DNA from: Tubiluchus corallicola | Lineage: Eukaryota; Animalia; Priapulida | NCBI GenBank assembly: GCA_030141605.1 | Contig: JAQGDQ010001274.1 | Location: 1 to 50,380 of the forward strand | DNA length: 50,380 bases | Direction: 5' to 3' | Shown: positions 39,245 through 50,380 of the stretch, piece after piece | How positions within the stretch are numbered: position 1 is the stretch's first letter | Layout of the letters: every line of letters begins with the position of its first letter | Notes under the pieces: generated by a model | The model's database searches: none | What the model saw: the letters and a program-made list of their open reading frames with translations, nothing else | Told to the model about the DNA's origin: nothing | Program-made: the position numbers and the translations under genes

Positions 39245-40310
39245 GCAGTATTGCAAGTGACAGGCATCGCATTATTACAACACGCAGTATTGCAAGTGAC
39301 AGACATTGCATTATTACAACATGCAGTATTGCAAGTGACAGACATTGCATTATTACAACATGCAGTATTGCAAGTGACAGACATTGCATTATTACAACAT
39401 GCAGTATTGCAAGTGACAGACATTGCATTATTACAACATGCAGTATTGCAAGTGACGGACTTTGCATTATTACAACATGCAGTATTGCAAGTGACAGACA
39501 TTGCATTATTGCCACATGCAGTATTGCAAGTGACAGACATTGCATTATTACAACATGCAGTATTGCAAATGACAGACATTACATTATTACATCATGCAGT
39601 ATTGCAAGTGACAGACATTGCATTATTACATCATGCAGTATTGCAAGTGACAGACATTGCATTATTACATCATGCAGTATTACAAGTGACAGACATCGCA
39701 TTATTACATCATGCAGTATTGCAAGTGACAGACATTGCATTATTACAACATGCAGTATTGCAAGTGACAGACATTGCATTATTGCCACATGCAGTATTGC
39801 AAGTGGCAGGCATTGCATTTCCATGCTTTGCACACTACAAGAATCAATGTCAAATTATGTATTGCTAGTGGCAGGCACTGCATTGTTACAAGATGCTACA
39901 CTGCAGTTTAGGCATCGCATTTCCATGCTTTGCACACTACAAAGTCAGTGTTAAATGATGTATTGCTAGTGGCAGGCATTGCATTGTTACAAGATGCTAC
40001 ACTGCAGTTTAGGCATCGCATTTCCATGCTTTGCACACTACAAAGTCAGTGTTAAATGATGTATTGCTAGTGGCAGCATTGCATTGTTACAAGATGCTAC
40101 ACTACAGTTTAGCATTGCATTTCCATGCTTTGCACACTACAAAGTCAGTGTTAAATGATGTATTGCTAGTGGCAGGCATTGCATTGTTATGAGATGCTAC
40201 ACTGCAGTTTAGGCATTGCTTTTCCATGCTTTGCACACTACAAAGTCAGTGTTAAATGATGTATTGCTAGTGGCAGGCATTGCATTGTTACAAGATGCTA
40301 CACTGCAACT
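39245..40310 (+). repeat. Composite minisatellite: 39-bp unit x~15, then a related ~101-bp unit x~5
   Basis: GCAGTATTGCAAGTGACAGACATTGCATTATTACAACAT, then ...TTTCCATGCTTTGCACACTACAAAGTCAGTGTTAAATGATGTATTGCTAGTGGCAGGCATTGCATTGTTACAAGATG... Confidence 0.95.
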
Positions 40311-40704
40311 GCTAGTCACCAGAGTTTAGCTTTGCAGGTGGCGCCATCAAATTACAGCATTACGACAAATTCAAACATGATTTTTCAAAGTGAAAACAAT
40401 TATTTCTTAATTCCGTGTATTACTAAATTACTGTATCATGGAAAATATTGCGAGTGGAATTTTTACGAACTGAATTTCAAGGCCTGGTTTGTAAAGTGAT
40501 ATTTTTGCAATGCACCATTCCAAGCAAATTAGGCAAGTTAAAGATTGATAAGCATTTATGGAAGCCTTTATTTCATATTCATTGGTATTAGTTACTGTTT
40601 AGTGATGCTTTAATATAGTAAAGCACATTGCCGATTAATAATGGTAACCGCCTGCATTCTTTTTCAACAGTAATCTTAATAAAACGTGACTTTGCTCAAC
40701 AGGA

Positions 40705-41050
40705 TACTGAACACTTTATAATCTTGATCACAGTTTTTCTTAGTTCTCGCTGCATTTCATCTTTCATTCACTACTCCCCCCCCCCCACTTTTATGTATAT
40801 ATTATCATTATTTCAATTATTAATCACTTCTTTAAGATTTCCACGTGCAGTTTGGCCTGTCAAGCTACGCTTTTAGGCTCAAACTGTATGCATCAAAATT
40901 ACTCTGTAATGCAATTTGCACATGTATATGCTGCATAAGAATCTCCTTTGTAATTTCTGGATAATGTTGCATTTATATTTATATTTACTTCAGTGAAATT
41001 ATCGGTATTTTTATTATAACTGTTAGATGCAGAGTGGAAATAAATAAATA
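40705..41050 (+). repeat. Dispersed ~340-bp repeat, copy 1 (copy 2 at ~49918-50257); possible retroelement 3' end
   Basis: ACTGAAYACTTTATAATC.TGATCACAGTTTTTC...ACTGTTAGATGCAG.GTGGAA..AAATAAA shared by both copies. Confidence 0.85.
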
Positions 41051-41054
41051 AACT

Positions 41055-41197
41055 TATAAAAACTTATAAATATACCCTGTTAATAATATTGTCTGTACTT
41101 TTATAAAAACTTATAAATATACCCTGTTAATAATATTGTCTGTACTTTTATAAAAACTTATAAATATACCCTGTTAATAATATTGTCTGTACTTTTA
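41055..41197 (+). repeat. 47-bp tandem repeat x3
   Basis: TATAAAAACTTATAAATATACCCTGTTAATAATATTGTCTGTACTTT. Confidence 0.9.
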
Positions 41198-41706
41198 ACA
41201 GTGTATACAAGAACTTACATTTACTAATGCTTTTATTATTAGTGTAATTTATTCATCTGGAAATTTTTGCGTCAAGGCTTCCTCGCAGAATTCACCAAAA
41301 ATTTCCACTACGCATTAATTTTACATTTTACTTTGTAGAGAATTTTTTGCTATGCCTGTCCTATTTCTATCACTTGTGGTATATTTCCAGTCTGATTTGA
41401 AATATGATGCATGCATTTGTAGTTTTGTAAAGAAACTTTAACTGCCAAACAATGTCATCGGAAAGAAAAACTGACGACAGATCCTTGTGCAGCTCTCATT
41501 TTTGAATTGAAAAACTGGTAAAACTTTTGTAGTTTCCAAGCGTCTTGGCAGCTGATTTGAAACCTATCTTTTTTTCAATGCGCGCATTTGTGTAGGATTC
41601 TGTGTAGCATCTGTTGTTGTCTCACAGAAATGCTATTTTAATTGCTGCGCTCTCACTTTAGCGAAACGACCTGCCGGTGTAATGAAAATCCCATTTTGCT
41701 TTTCAG

Positions 41707-41778
41707 ATCTACTCGGGCAATATAGAAGACATACCCACTAAAGAAAAGGACAAATTTCCTCAACACTTCTTCCCTGAG
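41707..41778 (+). CDS. INPP5A: INPP5A exon (72 bp): IYSGNIEDIPTKEKDKFPQHFFPE
   Basis: TTTTGCTTTTCAG / GTAACT, phase 0/0. EK-x-KFPQ-x-x-FPE motif. Confidence 0.95.
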
Positions 41779-43253
41779 GTAACTATTTTGCATTTCAACA
41801 GCTGAGCGAAATGGTGAGAAATACCGGTACGGTTTGCATACTTTCCTGACAGCACCTGCCATGTTGTTTAATGTCTGTTACTTTATTTCAATATTACAGG
41901 CAATATTATCACAGCTCATCCAAAAGTGAGGGTGGTGACAGTGAGTTAGCTAGTAAGAATTCAGAAATTTATGTGTCTTTACACATTTCGACAAAAGAAA
42001 CTTGCTAACTAAGATTCACAAAGTTTATTAACTGAGTTTCATCTTGCAAACAAGAAGTCTAGTACCGCCAGTCCTTCCGCGATTGGATTTGTATCAACTG
42101 TTTTCATTTTTTTCGGCATTTTGGTATCATGTTTGTCGAAATTTACTTGGCGTTTTTCTGTTCATAAGATAGTCTAGTCTACACTAGGTCGGTTCTGTGC
42201 AACAGTTTCTTGAATGCATTTTGTCTAAAACATATTATAGTAATATTTTTACATGATTCTGTCTTTTTGATGGGTGGCCAATCTTCAAAGGTCTTCTTAA
42301 CTGATGGCAGTAGAGTAAGCTTAAATCTTATGTACTCTCTGCCAATTTTAGACAGGACATGATAATTTAGCCAGGTAGATATTATGCAAAGCACAAGGAT
42401 TATCATTAAGTAAATACTGTAAACATTGGTAGTCAAGATGATACATCAATAAGTATCTTGCATGGACTTATCATACTAAAAAATATACTCATGTCTACTT
42501 GCTGCTGAAAGGACTAAAATAATTTGTCAGTTTATGTAGAAATGATAGCAAAGATTTATTTTAATGTTAGTAATTGTAGAGTAATAAAAAATAATCGAAA
42601 ACAACAATGGAAAGAGTTTTTGCTGTTTAAAGTCACTTTTGTAAAATCAATCCCCGCTATGTACATTTCTGAAGTCCATCTGTCGGCAGCTAGTCTGTCG
42701 TCTGGATGACTAATTCGAGGTCTAGTAGCAGCCCAATAAATTTGTTCTTCCGACGGAAATTCAGAAAATCATATAAATTTGCCGTAAAATTTGTTAGCGA
42801 GCAACATTGCGTTCCGATCAAGTTGACTTCGTCATTCATCAAATGCTTTGAGATTGAAAAATGTGGAGCGGAATTTGTGAAATTAATTTTGCTTCAAGGC
42901 AATTTGAAGGACTTGTGGTGGAGCTTAACCTGCTTCAAAATTCTCTCGATTTGCTAAATTAGAATCGGTCAAAATTGCTTTGGTCCCGCGTTCAAGTCTC
43001 TTGTTGCTTGTAGGATGGTCAAAGTTGAGCATCATCAACTACGTTCATTAACTTGTTGCAATAACATGTTTGTTTAAAATTAATCTAGCCTTCCATTTTG
43101 TGTTGCAACTGAGCAAATATTTACTCCGAAGTCAAAATTTTCTGGAAAATGTTATGCAGTTAGCCGTTGCAGGACTTTTTTAGTTTGTGTTATAAATGTC
43201 TTTAAATATCTAATACAGTTAGAGATAAGCTGATAAGTTTTTCCATCTTTTAA

Positions 43254-43928
43254 AGGAAGACTGGACGATTGTTTAGACTCAATCTCATTTAATTTACTGT
43301 TCAAAATATACTTTCTCTTGCCTATAAAGTTAACAATTGTTCCTTATAGTTGAATAATTAGCCTTAGAAAGTTAATTAACGGCAACCGAACACAGCTATT
43401 GCTTACGTCAGGAACTAACCACAGTTTGTGCAATGGCAGGCGTTTTCCCTTGCGCATCAAGTACATTTGCATAAGTGTGACAGTACTGTTTAGACGCGTG
43501 ACGTCACGAAAAATGGGCTTTACATCATATGACATCAGAAACTAACCATAGTTTGTGCAATGGCAGGCGTCTTCCCTTGTGCGTCAAGCACGTTTGCATA
43601 AGTGTGACAGTACTGTTTAGACGCGTGACGTCACGAAAAATGGGCTCTACATCATATGACGTCAGAAACTAACACTGCAGTTCATGATTATGATTATCAC
43701 GGTACCACCTTCTATTTGTTGGCCACGTGAATGTGACAAAAAGGCGCCGCTGCCAGTCTTAGTAGATTCACTGAGTCGCTCGTAGCTTTGAAAGTTTAAC
43801 AAAATTTGAGTATCCGAGGTAATTATTATTTAATCTAAGCTTTGATTTAAAGAAAGCTGTTGTAGTTTTCAATATTTTAGAGCATTCTTTATTCGGAACT
43901 AATGTTTACACAATCGTCCGGTTTTCCT
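43254..43928 (+). mobile_element. Kolobok-like element, copy 4, with an internal ~127-bp tandem duplication
   Basis: TTAA flanks; ACTAACCAYAGTTTGTGCAATGGCAGGCG at 43414 and 43541. Confidence 0.8.
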
Positions 43929-44111
43929 TTAAATTGTTAGCATCGTATTAATTTGTGGCAGTGGCAATACAGTGTGCAGCACATCTATTATGCCAGTGAA
44001 TAAACCCAGTTTTAATTAGTGGCTGCTAGTTGGTAAAGTTACTAATTGTAGTTTTTATGGATTTCAGGATTCGTTGCTACGTTATTAACGAGCTATCATT
44101 TGTATTTTCAG

Positions 44112-44164
44112 TGTAAGTGGTCTAGGAAAGGTTTCCTCAGAACAAGATGGCGGATAGAGGATAG
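44112..44164 (+). CDS. INPP5A: INPP5A exon (53 bp): CKWSRKGFLRTRWRIED(R)
   Basis: TTTTCAG / GTATGT, phase 0/2. Signature KWSRKGF-x-RTRW. Confidence 0.97.
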
Positions 44165-44431
44165 GTATGTTTTAAAAACTGTTTTTACTGTTTTTCACTG
44201 ACAACTATACCTGCGCCACTATAGTCGTGTTTCCGCTTTATATTGTTCTTCTGCAAACACGTTTAAGGTTAGCTATGATCAGATAACAAATGTTACTCTT
44301 TGTTCTGTTTGTTTTTAATCAGTTTAGCTGCAGTCGGTAGTACAGTGCAGGAAACTTGTTTTTTATTCTTGTTACTTTGCTTGTCTTTTCATATTGAAAA
44401 TGACAGCATGCATAGTGTGTGTGTGTATTTT

Positions 44432-44450
44432 AATTATTATTATTACTATT

Positions 44451-44524
<74 letters not shown>

Positions 44525-44684
44525 GTTGCTGTTGCTGTCGTTGTCGTCATCGTTACTGTCATTACTTTTGCTGAAAATAGTTGTTGCTGCTGGTGTTTTT
44601 GCTACGTCTGTTGTTGCCAGCACTGTTGTTATAGTGTTGTTGTTGTTGCTGCTGTTGCTGTTGTCATTGTTGTTGTTGTTGTTA
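44432..44684. repeat. (ATT)n/(GTT)n/(GCT)n compound microsatellite
   Basis: Direct reading. Confidence 0.95.
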
Positions 44685-45313
44685 ATGGGATATTAGTACA
44701 GTAACATATCTACAGAAATTCAACTTTATAATATCCACTCATTTCAGTACGCTTGTAATTATATTACAGTATACAGCATTGTAAGAAGCTATAATAGGTA
44801 TCTTAAAACATAATCTTTAATGAGTTCTTAACCTTTAACTTCACGTTTTCGCTTAGATCTACAGTAGAACCATATTTAAATCTTAAATTTATTCGACTGT
44901 TATTTACATAGTAGCATCGCTTTGGAATTCTCAAGAATGTGCAAGACTGAAATTTTTCTCACTTTCGACTATCTATTAAATAGTTCACAGGCATTGTGCC
45001 ACAAAAATACATTAACAATTTGACGCTTTCATTTTCTCTAAAACCGAATATATATAATTAATGTACTATAAATATATGCTACAGTTACACAGGCTTATTT
45101 CATTCAGAACTAATATGTAACACTGTTCATATGGGTAGAACATTTCCAAAGTGAAATTATACAGCAAAGTTGTTGTATGCTTAGTGTGTGTAAAAGTAAA
45201 AGAGAATGTTTTATTGGAATACTATTTCCTAGCATCTTTTTTACTTCACTGCAGTTGGACGTCATCAAAAGCCTGCTACGTGACTTGTATTAAAATATTG
45301 ATTAATTTCTAGA

Positions 45314-48300
45314 GGCTGACTCACACAGTAAATCAGCTAGCTCGGCTGAAGCTGAGTCAGTTGCTACTACATCAGCTGACTCACACAGTAAATCAGCTAG
45401 CTCGGCTGAAGCTGAGTCAGTTGCTACTACATCAGCTGACTCACACGGTAAATCAGCTAGCTCAGTTGAAGCTGAGTCAGTTGCTACTACATCAGCTGCC
45501 TCACACAGTAAATCAGCTAGCTCGGTTGAAGATGAGTCAGTTGCTACTATATCAGGTGACTCACACAGTAAATCAGCTAGCTCGGCTGAAGATGAGTCAG
45601 TTGCTACTACATCAGCTGACTCACATCGTACATCAGCTAGCTCGGCTGAAGCTGAGTCAATTGCTACTACATCAGCTGCCTCACACAGTAAATCAGCTAG
45701 CTCGGCTGAAGCTGAGTCAGTTGCTACTAAATCAGCTGACTCACACAGTAAATCAGCTAGCTCGGCTGAAGCTGAGTCAGTTGCTACTACATCAGCTGAC
45801 TCACACAGTAAATCAGCTAGCTCGGTTGAAGCTGAGTCAGTTGCTACTACATCAGCTGCCTCACACAGTAAATCAGCTAGCTCGGTTGAAGCTGAGTCAG
45901 TTGCTGCTACATCAGCTGACTCACATCGTACATCAGCTAGCTCAGCTGAAGCTGAGTCAATTGCTACTACATCAGCTGTCTCACACAGTAAATCAGGTAG
46001 CTCAGCTGAAGCTGAGTCAGTTGCTACTACAACAGCTGACACACCTCGTAAATCAGCCAGCTCAGCTGAAGCTGAGTCAGTTGCTACTACATCAGCTGAC
46101 ACACCTCGTAAATCAGCCAGCTCAGCTGAAGCTGAGTCAGTTGCTACTACATCAGCTGACACACCTCGTAAATCAGCCAGCTCAGCTGAAGCTGAGTCAG
46201 TTGCTACTACATCAGCTGACACACTCGTAAATCAGCTAGCTCAGCTGAAGCTGAGTCAGTTGCTACTACATCAGCTGTCTCACACAGTAAATCAGGTAGC
46301 TCAGCTGAAGCGGAGTCAGTTGCTACTACATCCGTTGACTCACACAGTAAATCAGTTAGCTCAGCTGAAGCTGAATCAGTTGCTACAACAACAGCTGTCT
46401 CACACAGTAAATCAGGTAGCTCAGCTGAAGATGAGTCAGTTGCTACTATATCAGGTGACTCACACAGTAAATCAGCTAGCTCGGCTGAAGATGAGTCAGT
46501 TGCTACTACATCAGCTGACTCACATCGTACATCAGCTAGCTCAGCTGAAGCTGAGTCAATTGCTACTACATCAGCTGCCTCACACAGTAAATCAGCTAGC
46601 TCGGCTGAAGCTGAGTCAGTTGCTACTACATCAGCTGACTCACACAGTAAATCAGCTAGCTCGGCTGAAGCTGAGTCAGTTGCTACTACATCAGCTGACT
46701 CACACAGTAAATCAGCTAGCTCGGCTGAAGCTGAGTCAGTTGCTACTACATCAGCTGACTCACACAGTAAATCAGCTAGCTCGGCTGGAGTTGAGTCAGT
46801 TGCTACTACATCAGCTGACTCACACAGTAAATCAGCTAGCTCGGCTGGAGTTGAGTCAGTTGCTACTACATCAGCTGCCTCACACAGTAAATCAGCTAGC
46901 TCGGCTGGAGTTGAGTCAGTTGCTACTAAATCAGCTGCCTCACACAGTAAATCAGCTAGCTCGGCTGAAGCTGAGTCAGTTGCTACTACATCAGCTGACT
47001 CACACAGTAAATCAGCTAGCTCGGCTGAAGCTGAGTCAGTTGCTACTACATCAGCTGACTCACACGGTAAATCAGCTAGCTCGGTTGAAGCTGAGTCAGT
47101 TGCTACTACATCAGCTGCCTCACACAGTAAATCAGCTAGTTCGGTTGAAGCTGAGTCAGTTGCTACTACATCAGCTGCCTCACACAGTAAATCAGCTAGC
47201 TCGGTTGAAGATGAGTCAGTTGCTACTATATCAGGTGACTCACACAGTAAATCAGCTAGCTCGGCTGAAGATGAGTCAGTTGCTACTACATCAGCTGACT
47301 CACATCGTACATCAGCTAGCTCGGCTGAAGCTGAGTCAATTGCTACTACATCAGCTGCCTCACACAGTAAATCAGCTAGCTCGGCTGAAGCTGAGTCAGT
47401 TGCTACTACATCAGCTGACTCACACAGTAAATCAGCTAGCTCGGCTGAAGCTGAGTCAGTTGCTACTACATCAGCTGACTCACACAGTAAATCAGCTAGC
47501 GCGGTTGAAGCTGAGTCAGTTGCTACTACATCAGCTGCCTCACACAGTAAATCAGCTAGCTCGGTTGAAGCTGAGTCAGTTGCTGCTACATCAGCTCACT
47601 CACATCGTACATCAGCTAGCTCAGCTGAAGCTGAGTCAATTGCTACTACATCAGCTGTCTCACACAGTAAATCAGGTAGCTCAGCTGAAGCTGAGTCAGT
47701 TGCTACTACAACAGCTGACACACCTCGTAAATCAGCCAGCTCAGCTGAAGCTGAGTCAGTTGCTACTACATCAGCTGACACACCTCGTAAATCAGCCAGC
47801 TCAGCTGAAGCTGAGTCAGTTGCTACTACATCAGCTGACACACCTCGTAAATCAGCCAGCTCAGCTGAAGCTGAGGCAGTTGCTACTACATCAGCTGACA
47901 CACTCGTAAATCAGCTAGCTCAGCTGAAGCTGAGTCAGTTGCTACTACATCAGCTGTCTCACACAGTAAATCAGGTAGCTCAGCTGAAGCGGAGTCAGTT
48001 GCTACTACATCCGTTGACTCACACAGTAAATCAGTTAGCTCAGCTGAAGCTGAATCAGTTGCTACTACATCAGCTGCCTCACACAGTAAATCAGTTAGCT
48101 CAGCTGAAGCTGAATCAGTTGCTACTACAACAGCTGTCTCACACAGTAAATCAGCTAGCTCAGCTGAAGCTGAGTCAGTTGCTACTACAACAGCTGTTTC
48201 ACACAGTAAATCAGTTAGCTCGGCTGAAGCTGAATCAGTTGCTACAACAACAGCTGTCTCACACAGTAAATCAGGTAGCTCAGCTGAAGCTGAGTCAGTT

Positions 48301-48408
48301 GCTACTACAACAGCTGTCTCACACAGTAAATCAGCTAGCTCGGCTGAAGCTGAGTCAGTTGCTACTACAACAGCTGTCTCACACAGTAAATCAGCTAGCT
48401 CGGCTGAG
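45314..48408 (+). repeat. 60-bp minisatellite x~51 with higher-order structure
   Basis: GCTGACTCACACAGTAAATCAGCTAGCTCGGCTGAAGCTGAGTCAGTTGCTACTACATCA. Confidence 0.97.
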
Positions 48409-49289
48409 GTTGACTTACTTTTCAGCTGAGTTGGCTTAAAGAAAAAATCAGCTAAGTCAGCTAACTACGAATTTTTGTTAAGTAAATAAGGGATAAATTA
48501 TTAGTTAACTGTTAAATTAGTCTAAAATCTTTTAAATAATTTGTCTTGCTTGTACACAGAAAAAGCTGATGTACAAATTCAAATTATGCATTAGAGATCA
48601 ATTTTTTATTATTATAAAAAAGCAATAGATTTATTCGAAATATAATTTAAATCCAACTCTTGGACAGGCTTATGTCTTACCAATGAATATATACCAAAAC
48701 ACCTAAATGATCCCGTACATGTGACTAAAGTTGCGTATTTGTATATTTAATTTTGAATTGACCAGCTTTCTCGTTCAAGAATTTCTAAAGTTTAGCATCT
48801 CTTCCACCACAATCTGACCGCGAATCCGCTACAGTGTTTGCCACATTTCAGCCAGTGATTTCATCGTCATCAATTGTTACATCAATTTTAGCATTGGTCA
48901 GGCAGAATTCTAAAATAAAAGAACTCTGTCCTCAAGACAGGTAAACACAGCAGTAATCTCACAAAATACTAGACACTGCCATGCCAGTGGCCCGTTGGCA
49001 AAAGTGGAAATCTTCACAGCCGGTTGGACTCCCATCCCTGAGCGGCTGACGCGACTGAAACTGGGTTTCTTATCGGCTAGGTCGACTGTAGACATAAACC
49101 GACTGGAGCTCAGCTGAAACGGTGCGGCTTTGGCCTCTATTAATCTCCAATTAGCCTGTATAAGCCTGTATGAGCAAACCTGTATGGTCATGAGAGAGAC
49201 AAATCACTACATTCTGGCACTACGGCCATGACAGTTGCATTCTTGATTCAGACAGCAATATTAACTCACTTTCACGCCTTCTGTTTCAG

Positions 49290-49353
49290 GAAATTTGACT
49301 TGATAAATATTCACCTGTTCCACGATGCGTCAAACCTCATAGCTATGCAGACG
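49290..49353 (+). CDS. INPP5A: INPP5A exon (64 bp): (R)KFDLINIHLFHDASNLIAMQT
   Basis: CTGTTTCAG / GTGAGT, phase 2/0. Signature NIHLFHDASNL. Confidence 0.97.
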
Positions 49354-49917
49354 GTGAGTTAATAACTTACAGTTTACTGACTAGTTTGACATAATCGGCA
49401 CTTATGAATGTTGCGACGGATATTTGTATTTGTGGTATGCTCAAATTAGACTGGACAGTAAACACAAAAACACGTCCGACTCATAGTGTGGCACTGCCCG
49501 GCAACCAAGGGGGTAGCAAGATGGGTGCACACAGCTTGTGACATTAAAAAAATGAAGCTTTCAACCATTTCAACCACAACGAAAAATTATCAAGTATTTT
49601 TCACAGTCAATTTGAACTCGTCTTCAATGAATAAATAAGATGCTTATACCTATTTAGGCCCAATGAAAGGCTAAAATCAGCAACTTCAAGCATTTTGGTG
49701 CCTAGTGTGTCTACATTAACACATAACATACAATATTGATAATATCTATTAATATTGAAAACCATTTTACAGCATAAGTGCAAAATTAGACCAAGGTAAA
49801 TTAAAAAATTCTGCTAAATAAATATAGGCATATATGATTCTTATAATAATTTTTCTTAGACATCTATTGGAAAAGCAACAAAAAATTCTAATTTGTGATT
49901 TTAATAATTTTATTAAA

Positions 49918-50257
49918 CACTGAATACTTTATAATCATGATCACAGTTTTTCGCTCCATTTCATCTTTCGTTCACTACTCCCCCTCCCCCCCACATTTAT
50001 GTATATATTATCATTATTTCAATTATTAATCATTTCGTTAAGATTTCCACGTACAGTTTGGCCTGTCCAGCTATGCTTTTAGGCTCAAACTGTATGCTTC
50101 AAAATTCTTCTGTAATGTAATTTGTACATGTATATGCTGCATAAGAATCTCTTTTGTAATTTCTGGATTATATTGCATTTATATTTATTTTTACTTCAGT
50201 GGGAAATTATCTGTATTTTTATTATAACTGTTAGATGCAGTGTGGAAGTAAATAAAG
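49918..50257 (+). repeat. Dispersed ~340-bp repeat, copy 2
   Basis: Direct repeat of 40705-41050. Confidence 0.85.
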
Positions 50258-50370
50258 TTAATCTTAAAAAAAAATTGACTAAACACTTCCCTTCACCATG
50301 CAGCATCATCTGGTACATATTGGATTATAGCTGATGTCAAACCTTAATGATTGGCATCACTTTTTTTCAG

Positions 50371-50380
50371 ACCCCATCGT
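50371..50380 (+). CDS. INPP5A: Start of the next INPP5A exon (TPS...), truncated by the window end
   Basis: TTTTTTTCAG acceptor, phase 0. TPS matches the expected SPS following HDASNL...T. Confidence 0.7.

Noticed and set aside
39210-39954. Several overlapping ORFs on both strands
   Set aside because: Translation of the 39-bp repeat.
45302-48439. Long ORFs (306, 289, 549, 166 aa) as protein-coding genes
   Set aside because: Products of a 60-bp satellite with 1-bp frameshifts, non-ATG starts and no splice compatibility with the host gene.

Overview
AT-rich eukaryotic (invertebrate-like) genomic DNA; no prokaryotic features. The only recognisable host gene is a type I inositol 1,4,5-trisphosphate 5-phosphatase (INPP5A). 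Nine short + strand coding exons (15111-50380) were found by eye and are phase-compatible across GT-AG introns; none is represented as such in the ORF track. The first exon and the 3' exons lie outside the window. The standout structure is a ~9.7 kb fold-back element (7-9728) with ~3.6-3.8 kb near-identical inverted arms and a ~2.3 kb spacer, bounded by (TA)n. Both arms carry the same nested cargo: a MITE, a LINE 3' fragment and tandem repeats. The rest of the window holds non-autonomous DNA transposons (four Kolobok-like TTAA copies, several hAT MITEs, a Tc1 remnant), other inverted repeats, a 50-bp-stem hairpin, and about a dozen unrelated minisatellite arrays, two of them abutting splice sites. 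The listed long ORFs are read-throughs of repeats. Family assignments rest on motif recognition only; no database searches were run.
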